A program made the position numbers and the translations under genes. Under the pieces are notes generated by a model. That model worked only from the letters and a program-made list of their open reading frames with translations, ran no database searches and was not told the DNA's origin. Of a stretch of 60,000 nucleotides of DNA, positions 40,153-53,060 are shown in pieces. Origin of the DNA: Camelus dromedarius (lineage: Eukaryota); NCBI RefSeq assembly GCF_036321535.1, contig NC_087447.1, positions 45,572,001 through 45,632,000 of the forward strand, written 5' to 3'. The stretch's first letter is position 1; each line of letters opens with the position of its first letter.

Positions 40153-42899
40153 AATAACCAATGCTTACTATAACAACTTTCTAAGACTTCAGGGGGAAAA
40201 GAGACATTTAACCCTATTTCTAGAAACCTGAATGCCTATATTTTCTATTTGTAATATGAAGTGTTAATTAGCATTAACTAAATTTTGTTCTCTTCAGAAA
40301 ACCTGCTTAGAAGATGGGCTGACTGAGGTGATTTATTCTTAATATATTTACCTGGTAATGCAGTATCTCCACTATTATGTAATCTTATTCACTGTTTTCC
40401 CCCATGAGGCTACTGGGTTGTTTAGTCTTTTCAGCTTTATCAGAGGTATTTTTACTGACTCACTAACTCTGACTTTCACTAAGCTGCCATGCATTTGTAA
40501 GTCCCAACTATTGGGATTGTCTCTGTCTCCTGAACAATAAGACTGGAAGTATTTTAAATCTATAACCCTGGAAATCAGGATGGTTCTATCAAAATGTCTT
40601 CTAAACAGGCAGGTGAAGAAACTGTTATGATATGCCTTCCAGAGGCCTTCCTGTAATTTCTTTGCGACATATTCTTATTTTACTTTATCTAGCCAGAATC
40701 CTTTTATAGTTTCCAAATAATGTCTATTACCACAGTGTTCCTCCAGTAGACTTAATGATATCCAAAACTGTCCTACCATTTTTCCTTTTTCTGTTTCCTG
40801 AATTTGATTCAAGTTGATTTGGTTGATTCTTTGAAAATATCTAGAGCTCCCTCTCACATTCTTTGATGTTCCTGCACAGTCTAACCCTGTTTATTACTAA
40901 TCTATGTTATGAAATAGAGAAGTATTCTATTCTGACATTTCCTCATTAATCATCTTTCTAGATGCTCTTGATTCATATTTGTATGAAATAATGTATAGAA
41001 TCATTCACTATGGGTATATAAGTCATTATGGACATATCCAGTCATTATGGATATATAATACAACATAACGTTTTAAGAGCTACACTATTCCTAATGATGA
41101 CCTAGTTTTGTCATTAGGTCACATAGCATACTTTACCAAGCTCTTCTGCAGCTTGAGTACCTCTCTCAATTTGTAGTTATTCACTATCACATCATTTTTT
41201 CTCTTGAATTTTTGATTTCTTTCTGAGCAAGAGGGTTGTCAGGTGTCAGCCATGAGCTGTTGAGCCATGGCTGTTCAATGCTCTATGATTTCACACCTCC
41301 ACCTTGGAAAGCCAAATGTTCAGTGTGGGTCCTTATTTCTAATTGCCTAAACTTATTTTATTATATTCCATTTCATACTGTGTTGGTTAAGATGGACAAT
41401 ACCTGTATATCTAAAATTCTAAAAGAGGTAGTAAAAGGCAGTGTTTAAGGCAACTGGCTCTCAAGAGATACTGCTCAGTTTTGAATCCCAAAACAACCAC
41501 CTATATACAAGCAGTGTTGATCCTCATCATCATATTGTCTCTCTGCATCAGTTTCCTGAATGATATTGATAGTAGCTATTTCAGAAAATAGTTCTGACAC
41601 TAAAAAAGGCCTGCATGTGATTTACTTCCATTGGAGTTAATGTATTAAGAGGTTAAAAAGGTACAGCCTGGAATTAAGAATCATTATCCAGCAAGAATGT
41701 TTAAATTGGAATCCAGAGGAATAAACTGGAAATAATTTTACTATCTGGCTCCTGTTTTCACTAATTCACATGACAAATGATGAAATTAGTCAGTAAATAG
41801 AAAAGGGAAAGATTCAAGGAAGAAGAACAGAGTCCAATTAGAAAGTTAGGCTGATGAGTTCTCAGAATTATCATTATAGTTTTGTTTATACTAATTCTAC
41901 ATAGGTCTACCTAACATGAAAGTGATGCTTTTGGATCATGCATCAGTTCTGATAAGTAAATTTTTTATGTGTATGAACTTTAGTTAATATAGAAGGAGTG
42001 TCTTCTTCTATTTCTAGATCAATGACAACACATATTCTGGAGTAGTCAGAAACCTAGTTCACACTACACTTCAGCCAGTTGTTTAATTAAAGAAGATTCA
42101 TTCAGTGAATGTATACTAGAATCTTACTGTGGCCCAGGCTGGACAGCAGGTGCTGAGGATGCAATAACAAACAAGGTTGACAGGAAGCATATAGGCTGCT
42201 TGCTTTATATATTGTGTATCTTGTGTGGAAGGGTTATTTGGGAAGCAGCATAAAATAAAGTATTTACCACGTGCATATAAGGAGCAAACAATTTCACATT
42301 ATGAAGATATATTGAAATATATTAGGTGTTCTGAGAGAACAGAAGATAGAGGCTAATTTAGATGGTATGTTAATTTTATCTTTAAGCATAGATCTGAAAT
42401 ATAATGAAAACATTTTTTTTTAACCTAAGGAAAGAAAAATTCATGCTACGTAAAAAGTAAAAAGGTCATGAGGTAGAGAAAAGCTTACTTTGTGTAAGGA
42501 TAGTTACAAAAACTGTGCTTGGGGAACAAAATGGACAAAGGAGATAGTCATAACAGATGTATGCCACACAAACCAAAAACATTAATCATAATTCTTGGGA
42601 CCATAAAATTGTATCACCATGTTGGGAACCACTGATATAATGGATAAAAACAATGAAATAAGACCAATATTATCCACTCATTTAAATTGAAGCTGGAATT
42701 TGGAAGACTTTCTTGGAAGAACATAACCAACTCTCATCTATAGTAATTGGAGAGCTGAGAACACTTAGAAATAGTGGAAGTCCAGGGAAGGTGAAATTCT
42801 CAAACCTAGTGAGTCTTACATGCCACCTTCAGGATGATCCCCAGGAGAGAGTGGGACACTGAAACGTAGTGTGAAGGCACCTGAGCTGACTTATCTGGA

Positions 42900-45135
42900 A
42901 ATTTTGAAAACTCTACTTAACAAACAAAAGAAAAGAAAGTGATAACAGCAATAATGGGGGGAACAATTTATAAGTTAGATGAGGAAATTTTATTGATACA
43001 GGAGCAATCGCCTGTTACATAACTTTTTTGTGAGAACCTTCGGAGTAGTGCTAATATATGGCTAGTTTGATTCTTGGAAGTTTTATTTTACTGAGTGAAA
43101 TAAAAATGCTAGAAATGCCATCATCTCACATAATGCAGAAATCTATAAAAAACAGTCAGAGATCTGGGCATGATGGAATGGACAGATTATAAAATGCCAA
43201 TGAATCACTAGCTAACTGTGTTCCATGAAAGGCACTAGAAACATTTTATTACATGAAGCCAGAAAGAAATTCATTGATTAGAGAAGGGCCAGCATCACTG
43301 AGAAATCCAGTGGTGACTGGCCTCCACAGCCTAGGCTAAAGGTAGCAGGTACTATTATAGAACTAGGAAGTACAAGATAAAATAACAGGGTTAAGGTAAC
43401 AATACTTAATTATCTGAAACAAGGTGGCAAGATTTTTTTTTTTTTTTTTTTTTTGGTAATAAAAGTCAAGGCCACTGTAATGGTCAAGGTTCTGATGCAG
43501 AAAGAGAGATGGAGATGGTTAATATAATATGCCATTCCTAGGGGCCATATAAATGTCAGCCAAAAAAGATATTCAACCTACACAACCAAAAGAAATGGAA
43601 GATAGGTCATCAGGAGGCTAAAGGCAACTACTTCTATAGTAATGTCACAATAATTTGCTCAGTTTTCAACTTGAGACAGTTTCCAGATCCAGAATCCAGA
43701 TCTAGACTAAAGGAGAAGCTGTGTTTCCAACAGCAAGAATATTGCAGCAGCATTGGAAGTTTACTTGGAAATAAATCTCCTAGTCCTTCTACAAGGAGTC
43801 ATAGTACAAAGACATTTGGAGCCATGTTCTGAATTGACATAATGTCAGAAACTCAAAACATCATCTCACCCCTTTACTACAATGAGAAAAAAAAAAAAAA
43901 AAACAGGGAAAAGGTTAAAATGGATGTCTGGTTCATCTTTCATTCACAGAATATTAACAAAATCCAATAATTATTTACCTGCTCCCCAAAAGTATAATTT
44001 AAAAGAACATACGTAGTCGATAGAAACTTCACATTCATTTCTTGGATACGTGGGTGGGTAAGAGCTATTATAGAAGAGAAGGCTGAGTAGATTTTCCAAC
44101 TGTCCTTCCTCTACAGATAGCAAATAAAAACAGTATTGCTTCTTGCAGGGAATAAGAGAAAACAAAACACTCACTACAAACATCAAGGTTACAGAAGTGA
44201 TTACCCCCTTTCACATCCTCATTCAATTCACCAATCTGGTCCTTACATAAGTCTGATACAGCCAAATGTTTTGCCTTTATCTAAGCAAATCATAGAGGTG
44301 GAGAGGGAGTTAGTGGGCTACGGAAAACACAACCAATTAATAGAACCAATTGCAGTGCTGTGCCAGAAGTTATTATTTTGCTAGACTCCTCAGGTACATG
44401 ACATGTGGACACTGATGTGGCAAATTCATTATTTTCCACTTCTATCAGGAAGAAAGTTCATAAACAGTTCACACTCACATGGAAAAACACCACCACCACC
44501 AGCAGCATAAAAATACAGTCATGCCCAGGAATGTATCAATTCTCCTACTGTCCTAATATAGTTCAAAGGACTCTGGACAATCAATACATTCTGGAGAACA
44601 TTCTATCGGTTCATTTTAATAAAACTAGTTGAGCCATTAATGGAAATTTCATTGGAGGACTTGGTAAGACACGTTTGTTCCAGAGAGCAGGAAATAAACC
44701 TTATGAATATTAAGTGGCCTATCCCATCAGTGAATTTTTTAAAAGGATGTTGCTCTGAGACACGTTTTAAAATAAAGGATGAATGCTTGCATCTCACACC
44801 TCACCCCACAAAAATGAAACACAATTCGTGGTATATACCTTTTCATCTACTACAGACAACATATGCCACACTTGGGATTAATCTCTAAACCATTTATCAA
44901 GTGACAGGAAAGACTTTCTAAGTTTTGTGTTAGGTTCAAAGCAGGAAATAGTTATGAAGCAGGCCGTGGCTGCACTGTACACAGCGCAACCCGCCAGTCT
45001 CTACGGTATTAGAATATTTGTGGTGGAACGATACCATGTGGAATTTATAGTTAAATCCAGTAAGAGTCACACTGCAGACGTCTAGAAATCCAGAGTAAAG
45101 CTCTGTCATATACAGCAGAGCTTTTTACAGCATTA
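42900..45135 (+). mobile_element. ERV-L internal region, 5' part (decayed gag and reverse transcriptase)
   Basis: RT remnants TSSFNSPIWSLHKSD (~44213), DVANSLFSTSIRKKVHKQFTLTW (ORF 44405) and EINLMNIKWPIPSVNFL (ORF 44640). The gag-like sequence is at 42940-43600. The left boundary is approximate. Confidence 0.85.
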
Positions 45136-45151
45136 AAACTAACAAAAAAAC

Positions 45152-45670
45152 AGGGGGCTGCTGCCTCGCCTCTGGCGAATAAGGTTATTGTCTTTCCCTT
45201 GCGCTCAATACAGAGCTCCGAAAGTCAGGGACTTTTTGCCTACCTCAGTCAGTCGAAGTTGCTGAGGTGCCAGGTGAGCTGGAGCGCTTCCACTTCCGAC
45301 CGGTTCCACATCCCCAGGACTGGGATTGAGGGGTGGAGTCGGGTGCTAGGGCCAGGATTGGCTCACGAACACGGTCCTCTCCGACAAGGAGCGGATGAGG
45401 CCTGACGAAGATACTCGGTCTGACAGCGCTAGTGCTTCTGGGAAGTCTCGAGCTGAGTAGAGGCGCCCTCGCGGAGAAGATATCGCGAGAACCATGGCGG
45501 CGGAGGCCGCGCGCCTGGAACCTGCAGGTAAGTGATGGTGGCGCCGAGGGATGGCGAAACAAAGAATAGACTGCTTTCCGACCACTGTCTGAGTCAACCC
45601 CTTCTTAGCCGACCCTGGGAGCCCTATCCTACCCCTCCGTATCCACCGCCCTTGGATCCAGCCCTGGACG
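45152..45670. promoter_or_regulatory. CpG-rich housekeeping-type promoter with first exon(s)
   Basis: About 30 CpGs by eye in ~500 nt of an otherwise CpG-poor window. ETS CACTTCCG 45291-45298, ATTGG 45357-45361, TATCGCGAGA 45481-45490, ACCATGGCGGC 45491-45501, donor CAG|GTAAGT at 45527/45528. Confidence 0.8.
45494..45527 (+). other. Putative coding portion of a first exon (MAAEAARLEPA), source gene not recognised
   Basis: Strong Kozak context accATGG, followed 34 nt later by a consensus donor GTAAGT. Confidence 0.5.
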
Positions 45671-47094
45671 GTGACCCCTGGCTCTCCACCCTTTCACTCT
45701 AGAGCGCCCCGTGTTCTGGCTCAGGCCCACTCTTCCGGCAGCCCTGCCTTTTTCCTGCTGTCACTCTCTTTGCCCTCACCTCTCTCTCCTTCCGCCCTCC
45801 TTTCTGTACCAGCCACCTCTTTCCCCAGAAACTCCCCTTTCTGGTCACCTTTCTTAGAGCCCTTTCTCCTGCCAGGAGCGGCTGGGTTGTTCCCTTCTGC
45901 GGCCCATATCACTAACCAATGTCTGAGGTAAAGGGAGGCGGGGGCACACCTGGGGTGAGGGTCAGTCAGTGAACTTAAGAGTCTCCTTCTCGAAGTGTGC
46001 ACTATGTTTTCGGCCCAAAACAACCATTCCCTGAACTCTTTTCCTCACTTACGGCTCTTTTTTTCCCCCCACAGGCTGTGGGCTGTCTCGATTCTTGCCA
46101 CGGCTTTCAGTTAAACTTTCTCTCGGCAAAGTAACTGTGTTCATGTTGCTGGTAAATAAAGGACACACAGTTAGACTACCAGTATGTTCCAAGTACGTGC
46201 AGGAACATAGGCACAAGCTCAGTATCTTTTAAACAGGGGATAGAAAATGGGGTCAAGGTCGGACAAGAGGTCTTAGTTCCAAATTCCTGCCCCAAAGTCT
46301 GCTCTTCAGTATGCTAAGCACACCTTCAGCTCTGCCCGTGGGAGGGATCTGGTCCAGATTAAAGCCAGCCTGAGGAGAGGTGGTTGAGCTATGGAGCTGC
46401 ACGCCTGAGGCCTGTGATCTCCAACTCAGTTCATAGCCTTTCCCCCATTGTTCACAGTCTAGCAAGACTATGAGGCAAGAATTACTGCAGGCAGTATTCT
46501 TCAACCTGCAGGGAACATTACCCTTCTTACTCCTTATATCCAGCTTGGGATTTTCTTCCTCTGTATTGCAGAGTTTTTAGATAGTATCAGTATTTACCAG
46601 ATTTCAGTGAGTTTTACTCACAGAACTTAAGCATTTTTAAGATTCTTGGCAGAGTTAGCAAATATTTGTGTTTAAATATGCAATTTAATGGTATCATGTG
46701 GAAAATGGGTTGAACAGTTTTGCCAGATGTTCTAACTCATATATTTTCTGTGATCCTTGTTCTGTTTTTCTAGTATCTTTTTTTCAGTAGTAAGCAGTTT
46801 CCACCCTATATTTTCCATTACTAACTTCTTGAAATCGTTTACTTTACTTTGTTTTCCTTTGTCTCTCCCCATAATAATGAGTCCAATTAAGAGTCTTAAA
46901 AAGGTAGTTTGTCTTTTGCATCAAAAAGAATCTCCCTTCTCCTGTCCTTTATTTTGGAAACAGACACACTTTCTGATTCATTTGGAGAAACTTCTAAGTT
47001 GATTTGGAAAAGAATAGAAATAGTAATCCTTCTTCAACTAGGAGTTACTGAAACATGAAACAAACTAACAAAAAACTAATAATTTTTTTGTTGT

Positions 47095-48470
47095 TATTTT
47101 ACTTGACCTTGGTAGGTACCAGAGGTACAGAGCAACTTACCATGGAACAAAATATGAATCTGTGGCCAGGCTACTCATTATTACCTAAATTCTGTCCTAT
47201 CAGCAAAGTCATATGGCCCATCATTTCATTTTAAGATGGAGATCTTACACCTTGGATCAGGTACAAGCGGGGCCAGAAGGCACAAGTAATCTCCACAAGC
47301 CAGTGTCCCACTTGACTCTGTCACCTATCACTCTCGTATCATCACTTCTCCAAGTCACACCTGTTGTCTCAGGATGATTTCTTATGACCAACTGAAGAAA
47401 AAGGAAATAAGTCGAGTTTGACCCATGAATGAGTATATCAGTACAGCTTTAAAATGGACTGCCTGTACTCTATAATACCACACAAGTGTGTCCCTGATAG
47501 CTAATAATGAAGGGAAATGCACCTGGTATTTGGAACATCTGGCTAAAGCAAATGTACCTGATAGTTATAGCTTCAAGTTGTGTACCTGATCATCATTTTG
47601 TGTTCAGAAAGAAATGCCCTGAGGTAAAAATATCTGCAGACTCCTAGGAAGTTTGAAAGACTAATTGGTCAAGAGGCTGGATGGAGAAATAATGGAACCT
47701 TGGGAAAAGGATATCTGAGGAGGAGACATGTAGTTTACCCAAAGTAGAGGACAGAAGAGTAAAGATGTGTGCATTTACAGTTAACATTCAGCAGAAAACA
47801 TTAAGCATGGAAGGAATATGAAACAACCAATCAGACAGAATGACTTGGCCAGAAGCCATTATCTATCATTGGTCACCTCCAGTGCTGGAACGAATGTCAC
47901 ATATATGCAGTAGACATGGGGTTAGAGATGGAGGTTTTGCATGAGCTCAACTCCTTGGGTTCCCACACACCAAGGCTACTCTTGCTGCTGCTGAATGTCC
48001 AGCCTTCCAGAGACAGAGCTGATATGATTCCATCCTTTGAGGAAACCAATCTGCCACTTAGTGGCAAGTTAATTACACTGGACCTCTTTCATCCTGAAAG
48101 AATCAAAACTTCATCATGATGGGAACTGACACATATTCAGTCAGTTTTCTGTATGGGATTACTTTCTCTGCTCATCCAGCAAAACTGAGGGTTTCCAAAG
48201 TAATTGATCCACAAGAACAGAATCTTACCAAATATCACATCAAAGAAACTTTACAGTAATAGGGGTGCAGCTGTGGGCTCATGGTCATGGCATCCACTGG
48301 TCTTACATACCAATGACCCAGAAGTTTTAGGCCTACTGAAGTGATGGAACAGCTTTTGAAGGTGCTACTGAGTTGCCAGTTTAGAGATGATATTGGCAAA
48401 GATTGGATGTCTTTCTCCAAAAGACAGCAAGTGCCCTAAGCCAATGGATTGATCTCTGTAGTGCCACCTG
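47095..48470 (+). mobile_element. ERV-L internal region, 3' part (decayed RNase H and integrase)
   Basis: ggggccagaaggcacaagtaa (GPEGTSK-like) at ~47270. Integrase-like tggaacagcttttgaagg...gccagtttagagatgat...gtgccctaagccaa at 48345-48445. Confidence 0.85.
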
Positions 48471-49289
48471 ATCAGGTAGGATTTTTTTTTTTCTTTAGCA
48501 CTAAACATTTTTTCCTCCCCTCCTAAGGTCCCTTTTTCTTTGTTTCTTTGTTCTTTCAGTTAAATCCAATGTGTCATTCCTCAAAAGACTCCCACTGGCA
48601 GTATCAAATATGTTCAGAGTAAATATTTTAAACAACAACAAAAAATTACTTAAGGACTGCTGAACACCCTCCCACCCCAAATATGAAATATCATACACAT
48701 AACGGTTGCTTTAAAAATGATACTTATTTTAACATTCTTTCTATGACTTTTTCATACCTTCTCAATGCAGGAGCTCTTCTCTTTAGACTTTTCTCACATT
48801 TTCAATGACTTCCTTATTTTTAAAATTATATTTCTCTGAGTTTAACACATATTCTTTCTCAAGAAATGATATGTTAATAAATTGATTATTAAATAATTTG
48901 TAAACACGTTCTTATTGACATTTTGAATAATTTTACATTTCCCGTATAGTGTGGGATATTTCTTAGGGGTCTTTCATGCTGCTATTTTAGTTTTGTGTTG
49001 ATATTTATAAGGAGGAAGAACTCATTCAAGCCTGTTGTTTATCCATAGACATAGCGTGTTGACTACTGAATCCATTTATTTCTCTTTGTGTGCTTAAAAA
49101 TTTTTCTGTATAAATTTGAAACCAATTGGATGCATAAAACTTTACATTTTAGACTTATTTATTCTGTAGATTACCATAGAATTAAGGTTTGATTCGGGGG
49201 ACATTCTTAGAAGTATTTGTGAAAAAAAAAAAAACCTGCTGGGATTTCAATTAAGATTGCATGGAATCAACAGCAGGAGAAAGAATAAA

Positions 49290-50745
49290 ATATATACAGA
49301 TTGTATATATACAGAGAAAGAACTTATAATTTATTTCCATATAACATGATTACCTATGTATAAAGTCCTAAAGAAACAGTAAAAGATGTCAAGGAACTAT
49401 TAAGTGCGTATAGCAAGGTCTCAGGGTAAAAGGACAATATGCAAAAAATCAATTGATTTTCTATAAGCCAACAATGAACAATTGGAATTTAAAATTTTAA
49501 AAAGTGAAAACATGAACATTTACAATAATATAAAAAATTAAATATGTAGGTATGAATTTAACAAAATATGTATATGCAGAAAACTACAAAACACTGATGA
49601 AAGAAATAAAAAAGATGTAAATAAATCTATATTTATAGGTTAGAAGGCTCAGTGTTGATGCCAATTCTTCACAACGTACTGATTGATTCAGTGCAGTCTC
49701 AGTCAAAATCCCAAAAAGCTGTTTGTCTGCAAACTGATTTTAATGTTTGTATGGAAAGGCAAAAGACCTAAAATAACCAGTATAATAATGAAGAAAAACG
49801 AAGTTTGACAATACACAATACTGAAATTCAAGACTTAGTATAAAGCTACATTAATCAAACAGCATAGTAGTGGAGTGAATCAACAGGTGGAGATGTCAGT
49901 ATGAACGTATGTCTAGTTAAATATAGATACAAATGGTTATGTATTAAAATATTTATAGTTATATGTATAGACCCAAATTAGTATACACACACTATTTCCT
50001 TGCTCTGTTTACTGGTAGGGCTGAGACCATGTCATTCCAGTAGGACTGTGCAAACCTAGTTCCCAAATCTTGGTTTCTAATAAAATTCTCTGATAAAAAG
50101 AACTGGGCTCATTGGAGAAATAATTTTATCTAGCACTGGGATGGAAAATATTCAAGATGAGCCCTGGAGCATCTTGTAGCACCAGAAACAGGAATTTCTG
50201 GGGTTGGAGGGTGGGAAACAATGTGAAGTGATGAAAGTATGTTAAAGGAACACAGGGACCAACTGAAATGGGTCTCAGTGAATTAACATGAAACAATTTG
50301 GGCAAGAAAATGAATATATCACTATTGCACTATAATCAAAAATGTAAAATATATCCCAGAATCTATTCATATGTAGAGAAAAGAAAAGAAAAAAGGAAAG
50401 AAAGAATAAATAAGTCTCTCATGTAGAATCCCAAATAGTTTATGTAGATACTGTGCATCCAGGATGTGAAGCATAATTCTCTGCTGTTTAAGTGTGGGTT
50501 GTACAAGGTAATTTTCTTATAAGGAATACAGTATAAAGAGGTGGGGGAAAGAGTAACTTTCTAGTGGAGAAATCTGATGCAAACTAGCTCAACCAGCAGA
50601 TGGTTAATGAGGTAAGTTTGATAGTAAGTCGTGTTGATAGTAAGTTTAATTGATACAATGTGATGAGAATGGCAGTCTCTGTTGTCTTCCTCTGAAAGAT
50701 TTATAATCTCAATTTAACCATAGGAGAAATATCAGAGAGACCTTA
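49290..50745 (+). mobile_element. L1MC-type fragments (ORF2 RT region and 3' UTR)
   Basis: tagcaaggtctcagggtaaaaggacaatatgcaaaaaatcaattg...gaaaactacaaaacactgatgaaagaaat...ttcaagacttagtataaagctaca, then gatgagccctggagcatcttgtag. Confidence 0.8.
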
Positions 50746-50750
50746 CTTAC

Positions 50751-51210
50751 TGTAGGTGAGTTGTGTTCCCTCAAAAGATGTGTTGAATTTCTAACCATTG
50801 AGACCTGTGCAAATGACTTCACTTTGAAATAAGGTCTTTGTAGATGTAATCAAGTTAAGATGTGGTTATACAGGATCAAGGAGGAACCTACATCATATGA
50901 CTAGTGTCTTTAAAAGAAGACACTGTGAAGACACAGACACACAGAAAGGAGAATGTCATATGAATGTGGAGGCAGAGATTATAGTGATTGGTCTGCATGC
51001 CAAAGAATGCCAGGAATTGCTGGCAACAATAGGAAGCTAGGAGGAAGCAAGGAAATATTCTTTCCTAGAGCTCTCAGAGGGAGAATAGTCTTGCTGACAC
51101 CTTGATTTCAAACTTCTAGCCTCCAGAACTGTGAGAGAATAAATTTCTGTTGTTTTAAGCCACCCATCTTGTGGTATTCTGTTATGGTAGCACTAGGAAA
51201 CTAATATAAC
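50751..51210 (+). mobile_element. MLT1 (MaLR) solo LTR nested in the L1
   Basis: TG...ccctcaaaagatgtgttgaa...aaggtctttgtagatgtaatcaagttaagatg...ctccagaactgtgagagaataaatttctgttgttttaagccac...gcactaggaaactaata. Confidence 0.88.
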
Positions 51211-51289
51211 AATTGAGGGATATTCCATAAAACATTTGATCCATGTTCTCAAACCGAGCGATGGTCTTCTGTGTAAGATCATGTCATCT

Positions 51290-52300
51290 GCAAATAACTA
51301 CATTCACGATGTTGTGTAGCCATCATTACTGTCAATTTCCATATTATGTCATTACTTCACACAGAATCACTGTTACTATCAAGCTGTAACTCCCCATTCC
51401 CCCTCCCTCACACCGTTTTGTAACATCTTACCTACTTTCTGTCTCTGTGAACTTGCTTATCCTAAGTGCTTCGTATATGTGGAATCATACATTATTTGTC
51501 GTTTTGAGTCTGGCTTATTTCACTTAGCATAATGTGTTCAAGATTCAAGGATGTGGTAGCATGTATCAGAACTTTATTCTTTTATAGGGTTGAATAATTT
51601 TCCCTTGTATGTGTATACCAAATTTCCTTTATCCATTAATCTGTTAATGGACACTTTTTTTGTGTGTCCACCTTTAAGCTACTAAGAGTAACGATGCAAT
51701 GAAAGTTGATGTACAAGTATCTGTTCCAGTCCTTTCTTTCAGTTTATTTGAATATATAACCAGAAGTAAAATTGCTGAATTATATATTAGTTTTGTTTTT
51801 AAATTTTTGAAGGATCACTATATGTTTTCCATAGCAAATGCACCATTCTGTGTTCTCACTAACAATGAACAAAGCTTTCAGTTTCTCCATATCTTCATCA
51901 ACATTGTTATTTTACTTTTTTTTTTTATAAGAGGCATCTAATGGATGTAAGGTGATACCTAATTGTCATTTTGATTTGGTTTTTTTCTAGTGACTAATGT
52001 TGTTGAGCGTCTTTTCTTGTGTTTATTTTTTGGCCATTTGCATGTCTTCTCTAGAGAAATGTCTCTTCACATTATTTGCCTATTTTTAATTGGCAAATTG
52101 TTTTGTTGTTGTTATTGTTATTAAGCTCTAGGAGTTGTTTATATATTCTGGATATTAAACTCTGTGAGTTACATGCTTTGCAAATGTTTTCACCCATTTT
52201 GTGGATTGTCATTTCAGTCTTTTGATAGTGTCATTTGATATAAAATGCTTTAATTTTGATGCAGTTCAATTTAGTTTTTCTTTTGCTTTTAATGTCATAT
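51290..52300 (-). mobile_element. L1M fragment (end of ORF2 and 3' UTR)
   Basis: ggaatcatacattatttgtc...ttcacttagcataatgtg...tggccatttgcatgtcttctctagagaaatgtct, homologous to the other L1 copies here. Confidence 0.85.
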
Positions 52301-52879
52301 ACAGCCATGCACTATTTCAAGCACTGAATATACAAAAATAAACAGAATAACCAGAGCCTCTGTATTTGTGAAGTTATATTTTAGGAGTTTCAAAAATGGT
52401 TGCATTGTTAGCCATTTGTTAATATGCCTGATATATTAATGATCTCAAAAAAAAAAGCTTTTAGATTTACTTATTACTTCTATATTATAAATCTTCTAAA
52501 TCTTTATTTCTACAATTTTAATTATTTTCTTCCATCATTTTGATCTGTCTTTGTTCTTTCTCTAACTTTTAACATCCTGAAAATTTGGTTATTGTATTTT
52601 AATTTCTTCTTTAAAAAGTTTAAGATACTTAAGACCATGATTCTTATTGAGAAAAATGTATCTGACTGAGAGCCATTTATCTTCCTATGTGAATTTCAGT
52701 TTCATTGAACATTAATGGAGCTTTGATTTTCCAAATATTTTAGTAAATATTATATGAGGAATTTTATTTTTAAGTATATATTTACAGAGCATACCTGGTT
52801 TGAGCACTGATTTAAACTAATCCAGTGTAGTAAAAATTTAGTTATTACTTTAGCATGTTTCTGTTTAAAAAGAATAAAC

Positions 52880-53060
52880 CTGTAATGGAGAAATAGGTTC
52901 TGTGCTTAGGAGCTGACACTCCTCTGAGATTTAATTTCCTCTTCTCTGAATTGAGTATGATAAAGCATATCTATTTGTGGGCCGTATTTAAACAAGATAA
53001 TGCAAAGCACTTAGAAAAGTGTCCTACTGCATAGTAAGCACTTAGCAAAATGCAAATTTG
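52880..53060 (+). mobile_element. MIR SINE fragment
   Basis: ctctgagatttaatttccttcttc...aagataatgcaaagcacttagaaaagtg...catagtaagcactt. Confidence 0.6.

Larger units (their letters stand above)
45136..47076 (+). mobile_element. TSD-flanked ~1.9-kb insertion of non-repeat genic sequence into ERV-L pol
   Basis: aaactaacaaaaaaac (45136-45151) and aaactaacaaaaaac (47062-47076) flank the segment. The left copy lies in TT/AAAA, and ERV-L pol resumes after the right copy. Confidence 0.75.

Noticed and set aside
41021..41057. 19-nt tandem duplication (agtcattatggacatatcc)
   Set aside because: Only two copies; an ordinary local duplication with no array or spacer structure.
45199..46023. Several 68-105 aa ORFs across the GC-rich island
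   Set aside because: Expected by chance in GC-rich DNA; low-complexity translations with no recognisable domains.
45960..46040. Possible intronic snoRNA in the inserted segment
   Set aside because: No convincing paired C/D boxes or H/ACA hairpin architecture by eye.
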